Shown piece by piece: positions 20,408-29,960 of a stretch of DNA of 64,000 bases. Origin of the DNA: Terracidiphilus sp. (lineage in GTDB: Bacteria > Acidobacteriota > Terriglobia > Terriglobales > Acidobacteriaceae); the NCBI GenBank assembly GCA_035552555.1, contig DASZLF010000047.1:16814-80813 (forward strand), written 5' to 3'. Under the pieces are notes generated by a model, which did not search any database, had not been told where the DNA came from, and saw only the letters and a list, made by a program, of their open reading frames with translations. The position numbers and the translations under genes are program-made. Position 1 is the first letter of the stretch, and every line of letters begins with the position of its first letter.

Positions 20408-20842
20408 ATGCGGGACGCAGGATACACCATTCGAACCATGGCTCAGCGTTGCGGGATGACCGCGCACACGCTGCGTTACTACGAGCGCGTCGGACTGATT
20501 CAGCCGGTAGGACGCGCGCGCAACGGTCATCGCCGCTACTCGGATGAAGACGAAGCGTGGCTCCATTTCCTGCATTGCATGCGGGCCACCAACATGCCCA
20601 TTCGCGAGATGCAGCGCTATGCCGTGCTGCGCGAACGCGGCGACGACACGTCGCTGGAACGCCGCAACATTCTCGAAGAGCATCGTGCGGTCATCGGCGG
20701 GCAGATCGGGGCGCTGGAAAAAGCGCACGCGCTGCTGACCCACAAAATCGAAAACTATCGCCTGATCGAGGAGCGCATCCGCGTTCGCAGACCTTCGGCG
20801 CCGCCTCCAGAATTGGACCGCGACCTGGTCGAGGCAGTTTAA
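20408..20842 (+). CDS. MerR family transcriptional regulator
   Basis: YTIRTMAQRCGMTAHTLRYYERVGLI..RARNGHRRY. Confidence 0.93.
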   Translation: MRDAGYTIRTMAQRCGMTAHTLRYYERVGLIQPVGRARNGHRRYSDEDEAWLHFLHCMRATNMPIREMQRYAVLRERGDDTSLERRNILEEHRAVIGGQIGALEKAHALLTHKIENYRLIEERIRVRRPSAPPPELDRDLVEAV

Positions 20843-21082
20843 GAACCGAGTCAGCGGCACGACTCGCGGACACCCATGTTTTTTTGATCCGATCGAAAGC
20901 TCTGTGTAGCAGTTCCATATCGTCATCCAAAAGCGATAGGATATCGGCACGGCGCTTCTCGATCCGAAACGACGCGCTCCGGGATGCTTCTTTTCCCCTG
21001 TTCCGAGCATCACACCTTGCCGGAACCTCGAAGCAATCCCGCCTGAAATCATCTCCCTTTGCCCTGCCCCGAGGAGGTCTCT

Positions 21083-21829
21083 GTGACAGACTCACCCAAT
21101 TTGCGCTTCCAGCACCTGCGCGCACGTTTCACGCAATCATCCCGCGACGCCTCCTCACCGGACGCCGCCGCGGAGGAGCGCCAACCCGTTGACCTGGAGC
21201 CGCTCACGGCTGAGCAGCCGGGCAATGCTGGATTCAGCCGCCGGTCATTTTTGTCCGGACTCGGCGCCACCGGCCTGCTCGCCGGCGCCGCTCCTCTGGT
21301 GCAGGCGGCGCCGGCCATCGAACCCGCCGCGCAGGAAGAAGCCGCGCCCGCCGGCATCCCCACCGCCAACGTTACCCTTCGCGTCAACGGCAGCGATTAC
21401 GTGCTGCGCAATCTCGACACTCGCGCCACGCTCCTCGACACCCTGCGTGAACGCATCCACTTCACCGGCACCAAGAAGGGCTGCGATCACGGCCAGTGCG
21501 GCGCATGTACGGTCCACGTCAACGGCCGCCGTGTGAATAGCTGCCTTTCCTTCGCCGTCATGCACGAAGGCGACGAAATCACCACCATCGAAGGCGTGGG
21601 CCAGCCCAACAATCTGCACCCCATGCAGGCCGCGTTCGTTGAGCACGACGGCTACCAGTGCGGCTACTGCACCAGCGGCCAGATCATGAGCGCCGTGGCG
21701 CTGCTCAAAGAGCCCATCGGCCCCGCCGACGAAGACATCAAGCAAGCCATGGCCGGCAATATCTGCCGCTGCGGCGCTTACTCCAACATTGTTGCGGCGG
21801 TGCGCCAGGTGCGCCAATCGCGGGCCTGA
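21083..21829 (+). CDS. PaoA/YagT-like 2Fe-2S subunit with Tat signal
   Basis: SRRSFL; [14 protein letters not shown]; QCGYC; NICRCGAY; GAGGAGG before GTG at 21083. Confidence 0.92.
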   Translation: MTDSPNLRFQHLRARFTQSSRDASSPDAAAEERQPVDLEPLTAEQPGNAGFSRRSFLSGLGATGLLAGAAPLVQAAPAIEPAAQEEAAPAGIPTANVTLRVNGSDYVLRNLDTRATLLDTLRERIHFTGTKKGCDHGQCGACTVHVNGRRVNSCLSFAVMHEGDEITTIEGVGQPNNLHPMQAAFVEHDGYQCGYCTSGQIMSAVALLKEPIGPADEDIKQAMAGNICRCGAYSNIVAAVRQVRQSRA

Positions 21830-21844
21830 AAGCGTAAGTCCGGT

Positions 21845-21914
21845 TTTGAAAGGGCACGACTTCAGTCGTGCCGTAAGTGGCTGCAGAATGAGCGCGGCTT
21901 TAGCCGCTGAGGGA
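21845..21914. repeat. Double-hairpin palindromic element, family B copy 1 (intergenic)
   Basis: GGCACGACT-TC-AGTCGTGCC and GCGGCT-TT-AGCCGC; 70-bp match to 28370-28439. Confidence 0.85.
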
Positions 21915-21959
21915 TGCATTCCCCGAGACTTCGACTTTTTGCCAAAGGAGCGAGCAATC

Positions 21960-22955
21960 ATGCAGACCTTTCAATACACAAAGGCCGCGAGCATCGACAA
22001 GGCTCTGGCCGCGGCCAATGGAGCCAGGTTCATCGCGGGCGGCACCACACTCGTCGATCTGATGAAGCTCAGCGTCGAAAAGCCTTCGGGCCTCGTCGAC
22101 ATCAATCTTCTTCCCCTCGACAAAATCGAGAAGCTGCCCGACGGCGGCCTGCGCATCGGCGCCATGGTGCGCAACTCCGACCTCGCCTGGAATGCCGACG
22201 TGCAGAAGGACTACGCCGTTCTCTCGCAAGCCCTCCTCTCCGGCGCATCGCCGCAACTGCGCAACATGGCCACCACCGGTGGCAACCTGTTGCAGCGCAC
22301 GCGTTGCGTCTACTTCCGCGAGCCCAGCGCCGGCACGCCCGGCGGCTATGGCTGCAACAAGCGCACGCCCGGCTCCGGCTGCGCGGCCATGGAAGGCTTT
22401 AATCGCATGCACGCCGTGCTCGGCGCCAGCGACCAGTGCATCGCCACGCATCCCTCTGACATGTGCGTGGCCATGGCAGCGCTTGAAGCCGTCGTCCACA
22501 CCGAAGGCCCCAAGGGCAAACGCACAATTCCCTTTGCGGACTTCCACAAGCTTCCCGGCAACACGCCGCAAATTGAGAACGCCCTCGAACCCGGCGAACT
22601 CGTGACGTACGTCGATCTACCCAAGCCGATTCCGGGCGCCAAATCCGTCTACCTCAAACTGCGCGATCGCGCCAGCTACGAATTCGCGCTGGCCTCCTGC
22701 GCCGTTGTCGCCAACGTTGAAGGCGGACATATCCGCTACGTTCGCGTGGCCATGGGCGGCGTAGGCACCAAGCCATGGCGCTCGCACGAGGCGGAAGCCG
22801 CGCTTCTCGGCAAGCCCGCGTCAGCCGAGCACTTCCGCCGCGCTGCCGAAGCCGCGCTCGCCGGCGCCAAGCCGCACAAGGACAACGCATTCAAAATCGA
22901 ACTCGCCAGGCGCTGCGTGGTGCGCACGCTCAAAATGGCCACCGCAACCGCCTGA
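21960..22955 (+). CDS. PaoB/YagS-like FAD-binding subunit
   Basis: AGGTTLVDLMK, GASPQLRNMATTGGNLLQRTRC, CIATHPSD (4Fe-4S cysteines), KLRDRASYEFA. Confidence 0.93.
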   Translation: MQTFQYTKAASIDKALAAANGARFIAGGTTLVDLMKLSVEKPSGLVDINLLPLDKIEKLPDGGLRIGAMVRNSDLAWNADVQKDYAVLSQALLSGASPQLRNMATTGGNLLQRTRCVYFREPSAGTPGGYGCNKRTPGSGCAAMEGFNRMHAVLGASDQCIATHPSDMCVAMAALEAVVHTEGPKGKRTIPFADFHKLPGNTPQIENALEPGELVTYVDLPKPIPGAKSVYLKLRDRASYEFALASCAVVANVEGGHIRYVRVAMGGVGTKPWRSHEAEAALLGKPASAEHFRRAAEAALAGAKPHKDNAFKIELARRCVVRTLKMATATA

Positions 22956-22976
22956 CCCCATCCGGAGGAGAACATT

Positions 22977-25265
22977 ATGGCAACGGCACAAATTCCCCAG
23001 GGCGCCGGCATCATTGGCGCCGCCGTGCCCCGCATCGACGGCCCGCTTAAGACCACGGGCAGCGCTCGTTACGCGGTCGATCACCATTTTCCCAATCTCG
23101 TTCATGCGGTCGCGGTGCAAAGCACCATCGCCAAGGGCCGCATTCGCAAGCTCGACACTTCGACTGCGGAACAGATGCCCGGAGTGCTGCTCGTCCTGCA
23201 TCACGGAAATCTTGAGAACGTCTTTCGCACTTACCCTCGCCAGGAAGACGGCAGCATGGCGGAGTCGCGGCCTCCATTTGACGACGACAAAATCTACTAC
23301 TTTGGTCAATACGTTGCCGTCGCCGTGGCCGAAACGCTCGAGCAGGCGGCCGCCGCGGCCGAAGCCATTCGCGTGGAGTATGACCCCGAGCAGCCCGACG
23401 TCCGCACCGATCTGAGCGCCGGATTCACCGGCCCCCGCGAAAGCAGTTGGAAACGCGGCGACCCCGACCACGCGCTGACCTCCGCGCCCGTCACCGTTGA
23501 CGAGACCTACGTGACGCCGGTGGAAACCCACAACCCGATGGAGATGCACGGCACCGTCGCCGTGTGGGATGGCGAGGGCTTTACCCTTTATGACGGCTCG
23601 CAGGGCGTGGTCAGCCACCGCACCACCATGTCTGAAGTGCTAGGCGTGCCGCGCGAGAATATGCGCACCATTTCGCGCTTCATTGGCTCCGGATTCGGCG
23701 GCAAGCTCTCCCCCTGGCCGCAGTGCACATTGGCTGCCGCGGCCGCGCGCCAGCTCAATCGGCCGGTCAAGCTCAGCGTCGACCGGCGCATGATGTTCTC
23801 GAGCGTCGGCCATCGTCCGCGCACCCAGCAGCGCATCCGCCTGGGCGCAACCCCCGACGGCAAACTCACTGCCATTCGCCACGACTTCCTGTCCGAAACT
23901 TCGCAGCTCGACGATTTCGTCGAACATTGCGGCGAGCAGACGCCCTTCCTTTACAGTTGCGCCAATCTCGAAGTCACCACCGGCATGGTGCGGCGCAACG
24001 TGGGCACGCCTGCACCCATGCGCGGCCCCGGCGCTGTGCCCGGCCTCTTCGCACTTGAATCCGCCATGGACGAGTTGGCGATCAAGCTCAAGATGGATCC
24101 GCTCCAGTTGCGCATCAAGAACGACGCCGAGCGCGACGAAAGCAAAAACCTCCCCTTCTCGTCGCGTCACCTCAAGGAATGCCTCACCACCGGCGCCGAA
24201 AAGATCGGCTGGAGCAAGCGCACACCCCAGGTCGGCTCCATGCGCCGCGATGGCAAGATCGTCGGACTTGGCATGGGTGCCGCATCGTGGGGAGCGGCGC
24301 GCATTCCCTGCACCGCAACCGTGGAATTGTGCCCCAATGGACGCGTCTGCGTGCGTTGCGCCACCCAGGACATCGGCACCGGCACCTACACGTTGTTTGC
24401 CCAGGTTGCGCACGCCAAGACCGGCGTTCCGCTCGATCGCATCGATGTATTCCTCGGCGATACCACTCTGCCCGACGGCCCCACCTCCGGCGGCTCTATG
24501 GTCACCAGCGCCATGCTGCCGGCAACTACTGAAGCAGTAAACAAGGCCATCCAGCGCCTGCTCAACATCGCCACGCTCATTCCCAATTCGCCTTTCCATG
24601 GCGCGCACCCTGACACGCTCACGGTCGCCCAAGGACGAGTGGTGGAAAAACAGCAACAGCCGCAGGTCGTCGGCGCTGCCTACCACGGCAGCGGCAACGG
24701 TGCCAATGGTCTTCCATTCGAAGAGGTGCTGCGCCTGGCCAACCTGGACGGCATTCTCGCCAGCGGCAGCACCTTCCCGTCCTTCCAGGACCCGAAAGCA
24801 AAACAGTACTCGATGCACTCCTTCGGCTGCCACTTCGCCGAGGTCGAATGGGATCCTGAAATCGCGCGCCTTCGCGTCAGCCGCATCGTCTCCGTGTTCG
24901 ACTGCGGACGCATCATCAATCAAGGCCCGGCGAAGAACCAGATCCTAGGTGCGGCCATCATGGGCGTCGGCATGGCTCTCCTCGAAGAGACCGTCTACGA
25001 AACCAGTACCGGACAACCCATCAACGGCAGCTTCGCCGATTACCTCGTGGCCACCTGCGCCGATCTCCCCGATCTCGATGTCACCTATCTCGATTACCCT
25101 GACCCGATTGTGAATGAATACGGCGCGCGCGGGGTGGGCGAAATCGGCATGGCAGGCGTAGCTCCCGCCATCACCGCGGCCGTGTACCACGCCACCGGCG
25201 TCCGCGTGCGCGAACTGCCCATTCGCATTGAAGATCTTCTCCAATCGAAAGTACGCGAAGTCTGA
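22977..25265 (+). CDS. PaoC/YagR-like molybdopterin-binding subunit 1
   Basis: HNPME, IGSGFGGK, MRGPG, QDIGTG, ARGVGEIG. Confidence 0.93.
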   Translation: MATAQIPQGAGIIGAAVPRIDGPLKTTGSARYAVDHHFPNLVHAVAVQSTIAKGRIRKLDTSTAEQMPGVLLVLHHGNLENVFRTYPRQEDGSMAESRPPFDDDKIYYFGQYVAVAVAETLEQAAAAAEAIRVEYDPEQPDVRTDLSAGFTGPRESSWKRGDPDHALTSAPVTVDETYVTPVETHNPMEMHGTVAVWDGEGFTLYDGSQGVVSHRTTMSEVLGVPRENMRTISRFIGSGFGGKLSPWPQCTLAAAAARQLNRPVKLSVDRRMMFSSVGHRPRTQQRIRLGATPDGKLTAIRHDFLSETSQLDDFVEHCGEQTPFLYSCANLEVTTGMVRRNVGTPAPMRGPGAVPGLFALESAMDELAIKLKMDPLQLRIKNDAERDESKNLPFSSRHLKECLTTGAEKIGWSKRTPQVGSMRRDGKIVGLGMGAASWGAARIPCTATVELCPNGRVCVRCATQDIGTGTYTLFAQVAHAKTGVPLDRIDVFLGDTTLPDGPTSGGSMVTSAMLPATTEAVNKAIQRLLNIATLIPNSPFHGAHPDTLTVAQGRVVEKQQQPQVVGAAYHGSGNGANGLPFEEVLRLANLDGILASGSTFPSFQDPKAKQYSMHSFGCHFAEVEWDPEIARLRVSRIVSVFDCGRIINQGPAKNQILGAAIMGVGMALLEETVYETSTGQPINGSFADYLVATCADLPDLDVTYLDYPDPIVNEYGARGVGEIGMAGVAPAITAAVYHATGVRVRELPIRIEDLLQSKVREV

Positions 25266-25279
25266 AAAGGAAAGAGCGC

Positions 25280-27529
25280 ATGAGCACGACACCGGCAACA
25301 GCGGCAGCTTCAATCATCGGCACACCCACTCCGCGCATCGACGGCCCTCTCAAGACCACTGGCGCCGCGGAGTACGCCGCCGATTTCCACTTCGCTCGCA
25401 TGGTGCACGCGATGCCGGTGATTTCGGCTATCGCGAACGGGCGCATAACGAAGCTCGACACATCGGCTGCCGACAGCATGCCGGGCGTGCTGCTGGTTCT
25501 TCATCACGGCAACATCGGCCCGCTCTACCGCACCGTTCCCGGCGATGACAATGCCACCAACAGCGAAGTGCGTTCCGCGTTCGAAGATGAAATCATCCGC
25601 CACTGGGGCCAGCACGTCGCAGTCGTGGTAGCCGAAACGCTGGAGCAGGCCACTGCAGCGGCTGCGGCCGTAAAAGTGGAGTACGACGCGCAGCAGCCCA
25701 ACGTGCGGATGACTCTGGATGACCCCGGCGTCAAGCGCAATTCGATCTCCGAGCGCGGCGATCCTGACGAGGCGTTTGACTCCGCTCCAGTCAAGATCGA
25801 CGCCACCTACGCCACTCCGGTCGAAACACACAATCCGATCGAGCTGCACGCGTCGGTCGCGGTCTGGGACGGCGATCGCGTCACGCTCTATGAAACCACG
25901 CAGGGCGTTGTGAATCATCGCATGGTGATGGCGCAGGTGCTTGGCCTGCCCATCGAGAACGTCCGCGTCATCACGCGATTCCTCGGCTCGGGCTTTGGCG
26001 GCAAGCTCTTTCCCTGGCCCCAGGCCGCCATGGCCGCAGTGGCCGCGCGCAAGCTCGGCCGGCCGGTCAAGCTCAGCCTCACGCGGCGCATGATGTTCTC
26101 CTGCGTCGGCTATCGGCCGCGCACAGAGCAACACGTCAAGCTCGGAGCGACAAAGGAAGGCAAGCTGCTCGCACTGCGCCACGATTACCTCAACAACACC
26201 TCGATGCTGGACGATTTCGATGAAGGCTGTGGCGAGGCGACGCCCTACCTTTACAGTGTCGCCAACCTTGAAGTCACCAGCGCGCAGCCCCGCCGCAACA
26301 TGGGCGCGCCGATGTGGATGCGCGGCCCCGGCGCCGTGCCGGGTCTCTACGCGCTGGAAGCGGCGATGAACGAGCTCGCAGACGAGTTGAAGATGGACCC
26401 GCTGCAGCTCCGCCTGCTCAACGAGCCTGACAAGGACGAGAGCAACAAGAACATCCCTTTCTCTTCGCGCCACCTCAAGGAGTGCTACGAAGTGGGCGCC
26501 AGGAAATTCGGCTGGGAGCGCCGCAACGCCGCTATCGGTTCCATGCGCCGCGACGGCAAAATCCTCGGCTGGGGCATGGCCGGGGCAAGCTGGGTCGCGG
26601 TGCGCCTTCCCTGCACCGCCGCCGTCGAATTCTGCGCTGACGGCCGCCTCTGTGTGCGCTGCGGAACGCAGGACATTGGCACCGGCACTTACACCATCTT
26701 CGCCCAGGTGCTGCACCAAAAAACCGGCGTGCCGCTCGACCGCATCGACGTCATTCTCGGCGACAGCAGCCTTCCCGAAGGCCCAACGTCGGGCGGCTCC
26801 ATGGTCACCGGCTCGGTGCTGGACGCCATTGCAGCGGGCGCCGAAAACGCCATTAAGCGCCTGCAGCAGGTCGCCGCATCCACTGAGGGCTCGCCCTTTC
26901 ACGGCGCTTCGCTCGAAACCATCGCCTTCACCGGCGGCCGCGTCCATAAGAAAGATCAGGCCTACACTGACGGCGCGAACTTTGCCGACATTCTCCAGGC
27001 CGCAAAGCTGGCGCGCGTCAGCGCCGAAGGCAAAACCGTGCCCACGTGGGAAGATCCCAAATCAAAGGGCTTCTCGATCCATTCCTTCGGTGCGCAGTTT
27101 GTTGAGGTCGAGTGGGAGCCGGAGATCGCCCGCCTGCGCGTGAGCCGCGTTGTCTCCGTGATCGACGGAGGCCGCATCATCAATCCCAAGGCCGCCGCCA
27201 ACCAGATTGCCGGCGCAGTCGTAATGGGCGTGGGCATGGGCCTGCTCGAAGAGACCGTTTACGACCACCGCACCGGGCAGCCCATCAACGGCAGCATGGC
27301 CGACTACCTGGTTGCCACCTCAGCGGATGCTCCCGACATCGACGTCACGTTCCTCGATTACCCTGACCCCATCATGGGCGAATACGGCGCGCGCGGCATT
27401 GCCGAGATCGGCCTGGCCGGCGTGGCTCCTGCCATCACCGCGGCCGTACACCACGCCACCGGCGTGCGCGTGCGCGAATTGCCGGTACGCATCGAACATC
27501 TGTTGCAATCGAAGATTGTTGGAGTTTAA
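25280..27529 (+). CDS. PaoC/YagR-like molybdopterin-binding subunit 2
   Basis: HNPIE, LGSGFGGK, MRGPG, QDIGTG, ARGIAEIG; clear paralogue of the preceding gene. Confidence 0.93.
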   Translation: MSTTPATAAASIIGTPTPRIDGPLKTTGAAEYAADFHFARMVHAMPVISAIANGRITKLDTSAADSMPGVLLVLHHGNIGPLYRTVPGDDNATNSEVRSAFEDEIIRHWGQHVAVVVAETLEQATAAAAAVKVEYDAQQPNVRMTLDDPGVKRNSISERGDPDEAFDSAPVKIDATYATPVETHNPIELHASVAVWDGDRVTLYETTQGVVNHRMVMAQVLGLPIENVRVITRFLGSGFGGKLFPWPQAAMAAVAARKLGRPVKLSLTRRMMFSCVGYRPRTEQHVKLGATKEGKLLALRHDYLNNTSMLDDFDEGCGEATPYLYSVANLEVTSAQPRRNMGAPMWMRGPGAVPGLYALEAAMNELADELKMDPLQLRLLNEPDKDESNKNIPFSSRHLKECYEVGARKFGWERRNAAIGSMRRDGKILGWGMAGASWVAVRLPCTAAVEFCADGRLCVRCGTQDIGTGTYTIFAQVLHQKTGVPLDRIDVILGDSSLPEGPTSGGSMVTGSVLDAIAAGAENAIKRLQQVAASTEGSPFHGASLETIAFTGGRVHKKDQAYTDGANFADILQAAKLARVSAEGKTVPTWEDPKSKGFSIHSFGAQFVEVEWEPEIARLRVSRVVSVIDGGRIINPKAAANQIAGAVVMGVGMGLLEETVYDHRTGQPINGSMADYLVATSADAPDIDVTFLDYPDPIMGEYGARGIAEIGLAGVAPAITAAVHHATGVRVRELPVRIEHLLQSKIVGV

Positions 27530-27545
27530 TGGATACAGAGCCTCC

Positions 27546-28850
27546 ATGACAGATTTCGAGCACATTCTGCCCTTATGGCGCGAACTGCGGAATTCCGGTG
27601 CGGACTACGTACTGGCCACCGTCGTTGCCGTCCAGGGGTCAAGCTATCGCCGCCCCGGCGCGCGCATGCTGCTGGCGCCGGACGGCCGGCGCGCGGGCAC
27701 CGTGAGCGGCGGGTGCCTCGAAGCCGAAGTGGCGAAAAAAGCCTGGTGGCTCACCGAGAACGGTCCTGTCGTGGAACGCTACTCCACGCTCGAAGAGGAT
27801 GGCGACCTGCCCTACGGCTCCGGCTGCGGAGGCGTCCTCTTCATTCTGCTCGAGCGCAGTGCCACAGCGCGCCCGCTGCTCGAAGCTCTCCACACGGCAT
27901 GGAGTGGGCGCATTACTCTTGCTATCGCCACTGTGCTTGAAGGTCCACGAATCGGTAGCCGCAGGTTTGCCTCTCCGCTCACCAGAGACCTCGTCCTTCC
28001 GTTGCTCGACGAGGATAGGGCTCAGGGGAACTTGGCGCTCCTGGCGCTGCAAGCGCTCGAAGAGCGCACTTCCCGAGACACCGCGGTCGATGTCCATGGT
28101 GTGCGCACTCGCGTCTGGGTCGACTATCGTTCCGCCCGACCCGGCCTCTGGATCTTCGGCGCCGGAGATGACGCGAAGCCGCTGCACAAACTGGCGCGCG
28201 AACTAGGCTGGTTCGTCGCCATCGCCGACAGCCGCTCGCACCTCGTCACTGCCGCACGCTTCCCCGCCGCCGATTTGGTAATCCCTTTGCAGATTTCGGA
28301 ATTGCCCGCTTCAAAGTACGCAGAAAGGCAATCATTGGACCGAGCTTTGAAAGTGCAGGACCACGAAGCTTTGAAGGGGCACGACTTTAGTCGTGCCGTT
28401 GAGCACGCAAAAATGAGCCGGGCTTTAGCCCCTGAGGGAAGTTCTCGCCAGAAAGTCGACGAGCCGTCAGCACCCGAACAACTCGACATTCATCCCGGCG
28501 ACGCAGCCGTCCTCGCCACCCACAGCTACGAACAGGACACGCACATCCTCGCCTTCCTGCTCGCCTGCGCGCCTCAACAGCGTCCCGCCTACATCGGCAT
28601 CCTCGGCCCGCAGCGCCGCACCTGCGAAGCTCTCGCCGAAGCTGCACGACTGCTCAACCTCGTCCCCACCACAAAGCTGGTCGAACAATGGCTTGAAGAC
28701 GTCCACGGCCCCACCGGCCTCGACCTTGGCGCGGACACGCCGGCTTCGATCGCGCTTTCCATCCTCGCCGAAATCCAAAAGTCGCTGAACGCGGCCACAG
28801 CCCTTCCACTGAAGCAAGTGAGGGCGACCAAACCAGTCACGGCAGGATAA
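27546..28850 (+). CDS. XdhC/PaoD family Moco chaperone with internal repeat insertion
   Basis: GSSYRRPGARM, GTVSGGCLE, GCGG, IFGAGDDA, YIGILGP, GLDLGADTP. Confidence 0.9.
   Translation: MTDFEHILPLWRELRNSGADYVLATVVAVQGSSYRRPGARMLLAPDGRRAGTVSGGCLEAEVAKKAWWLTENGPVVERYSTLEEDGDLPYGSGCGGVLFILLERSATARPLLEALHTAWSGRITLAIATVLEGPRIGSRRFASPLTRDLVLPLLDEDRAQGNLALLALQALEERTSRDTAVDVHGVRTRVWVDYRSARPGLWIFGAGDDAKPLHKLARELGWFVAIADSRSHLVTAARFPAADLVIPLQISELPASKYAERQSLDRALKVQDHEALKGHDFSRAVEHAKMSRALAPEGSSRQKVDEPSAPEQLDIHPGDAAVLATHSYEQDTHILAFLLACAPQQRPAYIGILGPQRRTCEALAEAARLLNLVPTTKLVEQWLEDVHGPTGLDLGADTPASIALSILAEIQKSLNAATALPLKQVRATKPVTAG
28370..28439. repeat. Double-hairpin palindromic element, family B copy 2 (in frame inside xdhC)
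   Basis: GGCACGACT-TT-AGTCGTGCC and GGGCT-TT-AGCCC; translated LKGHDFSRAVEHAKMSRALAPEG. Confidence 0.85.
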
Positions 28851-29052
28851 GCGCTCTCTGAGCAGGCTCCAACCAGTTCTCGATGATCGAACCACCTTCC
28901 GTGACAGCGCTCACAGCCACGCCCGCAAACCCGAGCCATACTTTCCTCAGTAGAACTGTGAAGTTCTTCTCAAGGATTGCAAGGCTGGTAACCAGAAAAA
29001 TAATACCCCTCCCCCTCCCCCCAGCTTCACCTTCTCTTCGCCAACATAATGA

Positions 29053-29065
29053 AATCAATGGTTTA
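29053..29065 (+). promoter_or_regulatory. IHF-like binding site
   Basis: AATCAATGGTTTA matches WATCAANNNNTTR, in a convergent intergenic gap. Confidence 0.4.
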
Positions 29066-29192
29066 CGGATAGGCAGCGAGTTCCGCTAGCTCCGGAAAGT
29101 CATAGAAATGGCAAAAAGCCTGGATCTGACCCGAAATGCGCCGCTTCCGATGTTTACTCTCTGGTACTGAGGAATCGAAGCCCGAACTCGAT

Positions 29193-29786
29193 CTAGGACG
29201 CAACGGATGCCGCAGCGTGGGCCTCGATGACCTGAAGAAACTTCGCCAGCCACGCCGGATGCGCCGTCCATGCCGGCCCCGTCACCAGGTTCCCATCCAC
29301 GTAAGCGTCGCTGAAGTCCAGCTTCACAAACGTGCCGCCGGCCAGTTCCACCTCCGGCGCACATGCCGGATATGCATTCAGCTTGCGCCCCTTCAGCACC
29401 CCCGCGGCGGCCAGCAGTTGCGGCCCATGGCACAGTGCCGCAATGGGCTTGTCGGCATTCGCAAAGTGCCGCACCATATCCAGCACCTTCTCGTTCAGCC
29501 GCAGATACTCCGGCGCGCGCCCGCCCGGAACCACCAGCCCGTCGTAATCCGCCACGTCGATCTCGTCGAACGTCGCATTCAGCGTGAAGTTATGCCCGCG
29601 CTTCTCCGAGTACGTCTGATCGCCTTCGAAATCGTGAATCGCAGTCCGCACCTGCTCGCCCTTTTTCTTCCCCGGGCAAACGGCGTCCACGGAGTGCCCC
29701 ACCATCTGCAGCGCCTGGAAAGGCACCATGATCTCGTAATCCTCAACAAAATCGCCAGCCAGCAAAAGCAGTTTCGCAGCTTTCAT
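29193..29786 (-). CDS. DJ-1/PfpI family protein
   Basis: [23 protein letters not shown] nucleophile elbow. Confidence 0.92.
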   Translation of the reverse strand: MKAAKLLLLAGDFVEDYEIMVPFQALQMVGHSVDAVCPGKKKGEQVRTAIHDFEGDQTYSEKRGHNFTLNATFDEIDVADYDGLVVPGGRAPEYLRLNEKVLDMVRHFANADKPIAALCHGPQLLAAAGVLKGRKLNAYPACAPEVELAGGTFVKLDFSDAYVDGNLVTGPAWTAHPAWLAKFLQVIEAHAAASVAS

Positions 29787-29960
29787 CGTCACCTCCAGAG
29801 AATGAATTCGACAGGGAAAAAACCAGCCTTGCAGTCAACTCAAAGCCGGCGCGTTCACACACAACTATGGGATGCCATTTTCGCGCCGCCGGCTCACCAA
29901 TGCAAGCAACTGCCCTGCGTGCGAGCGCACTCGAATCCACTCATCCCTTAAAATCGAGCT

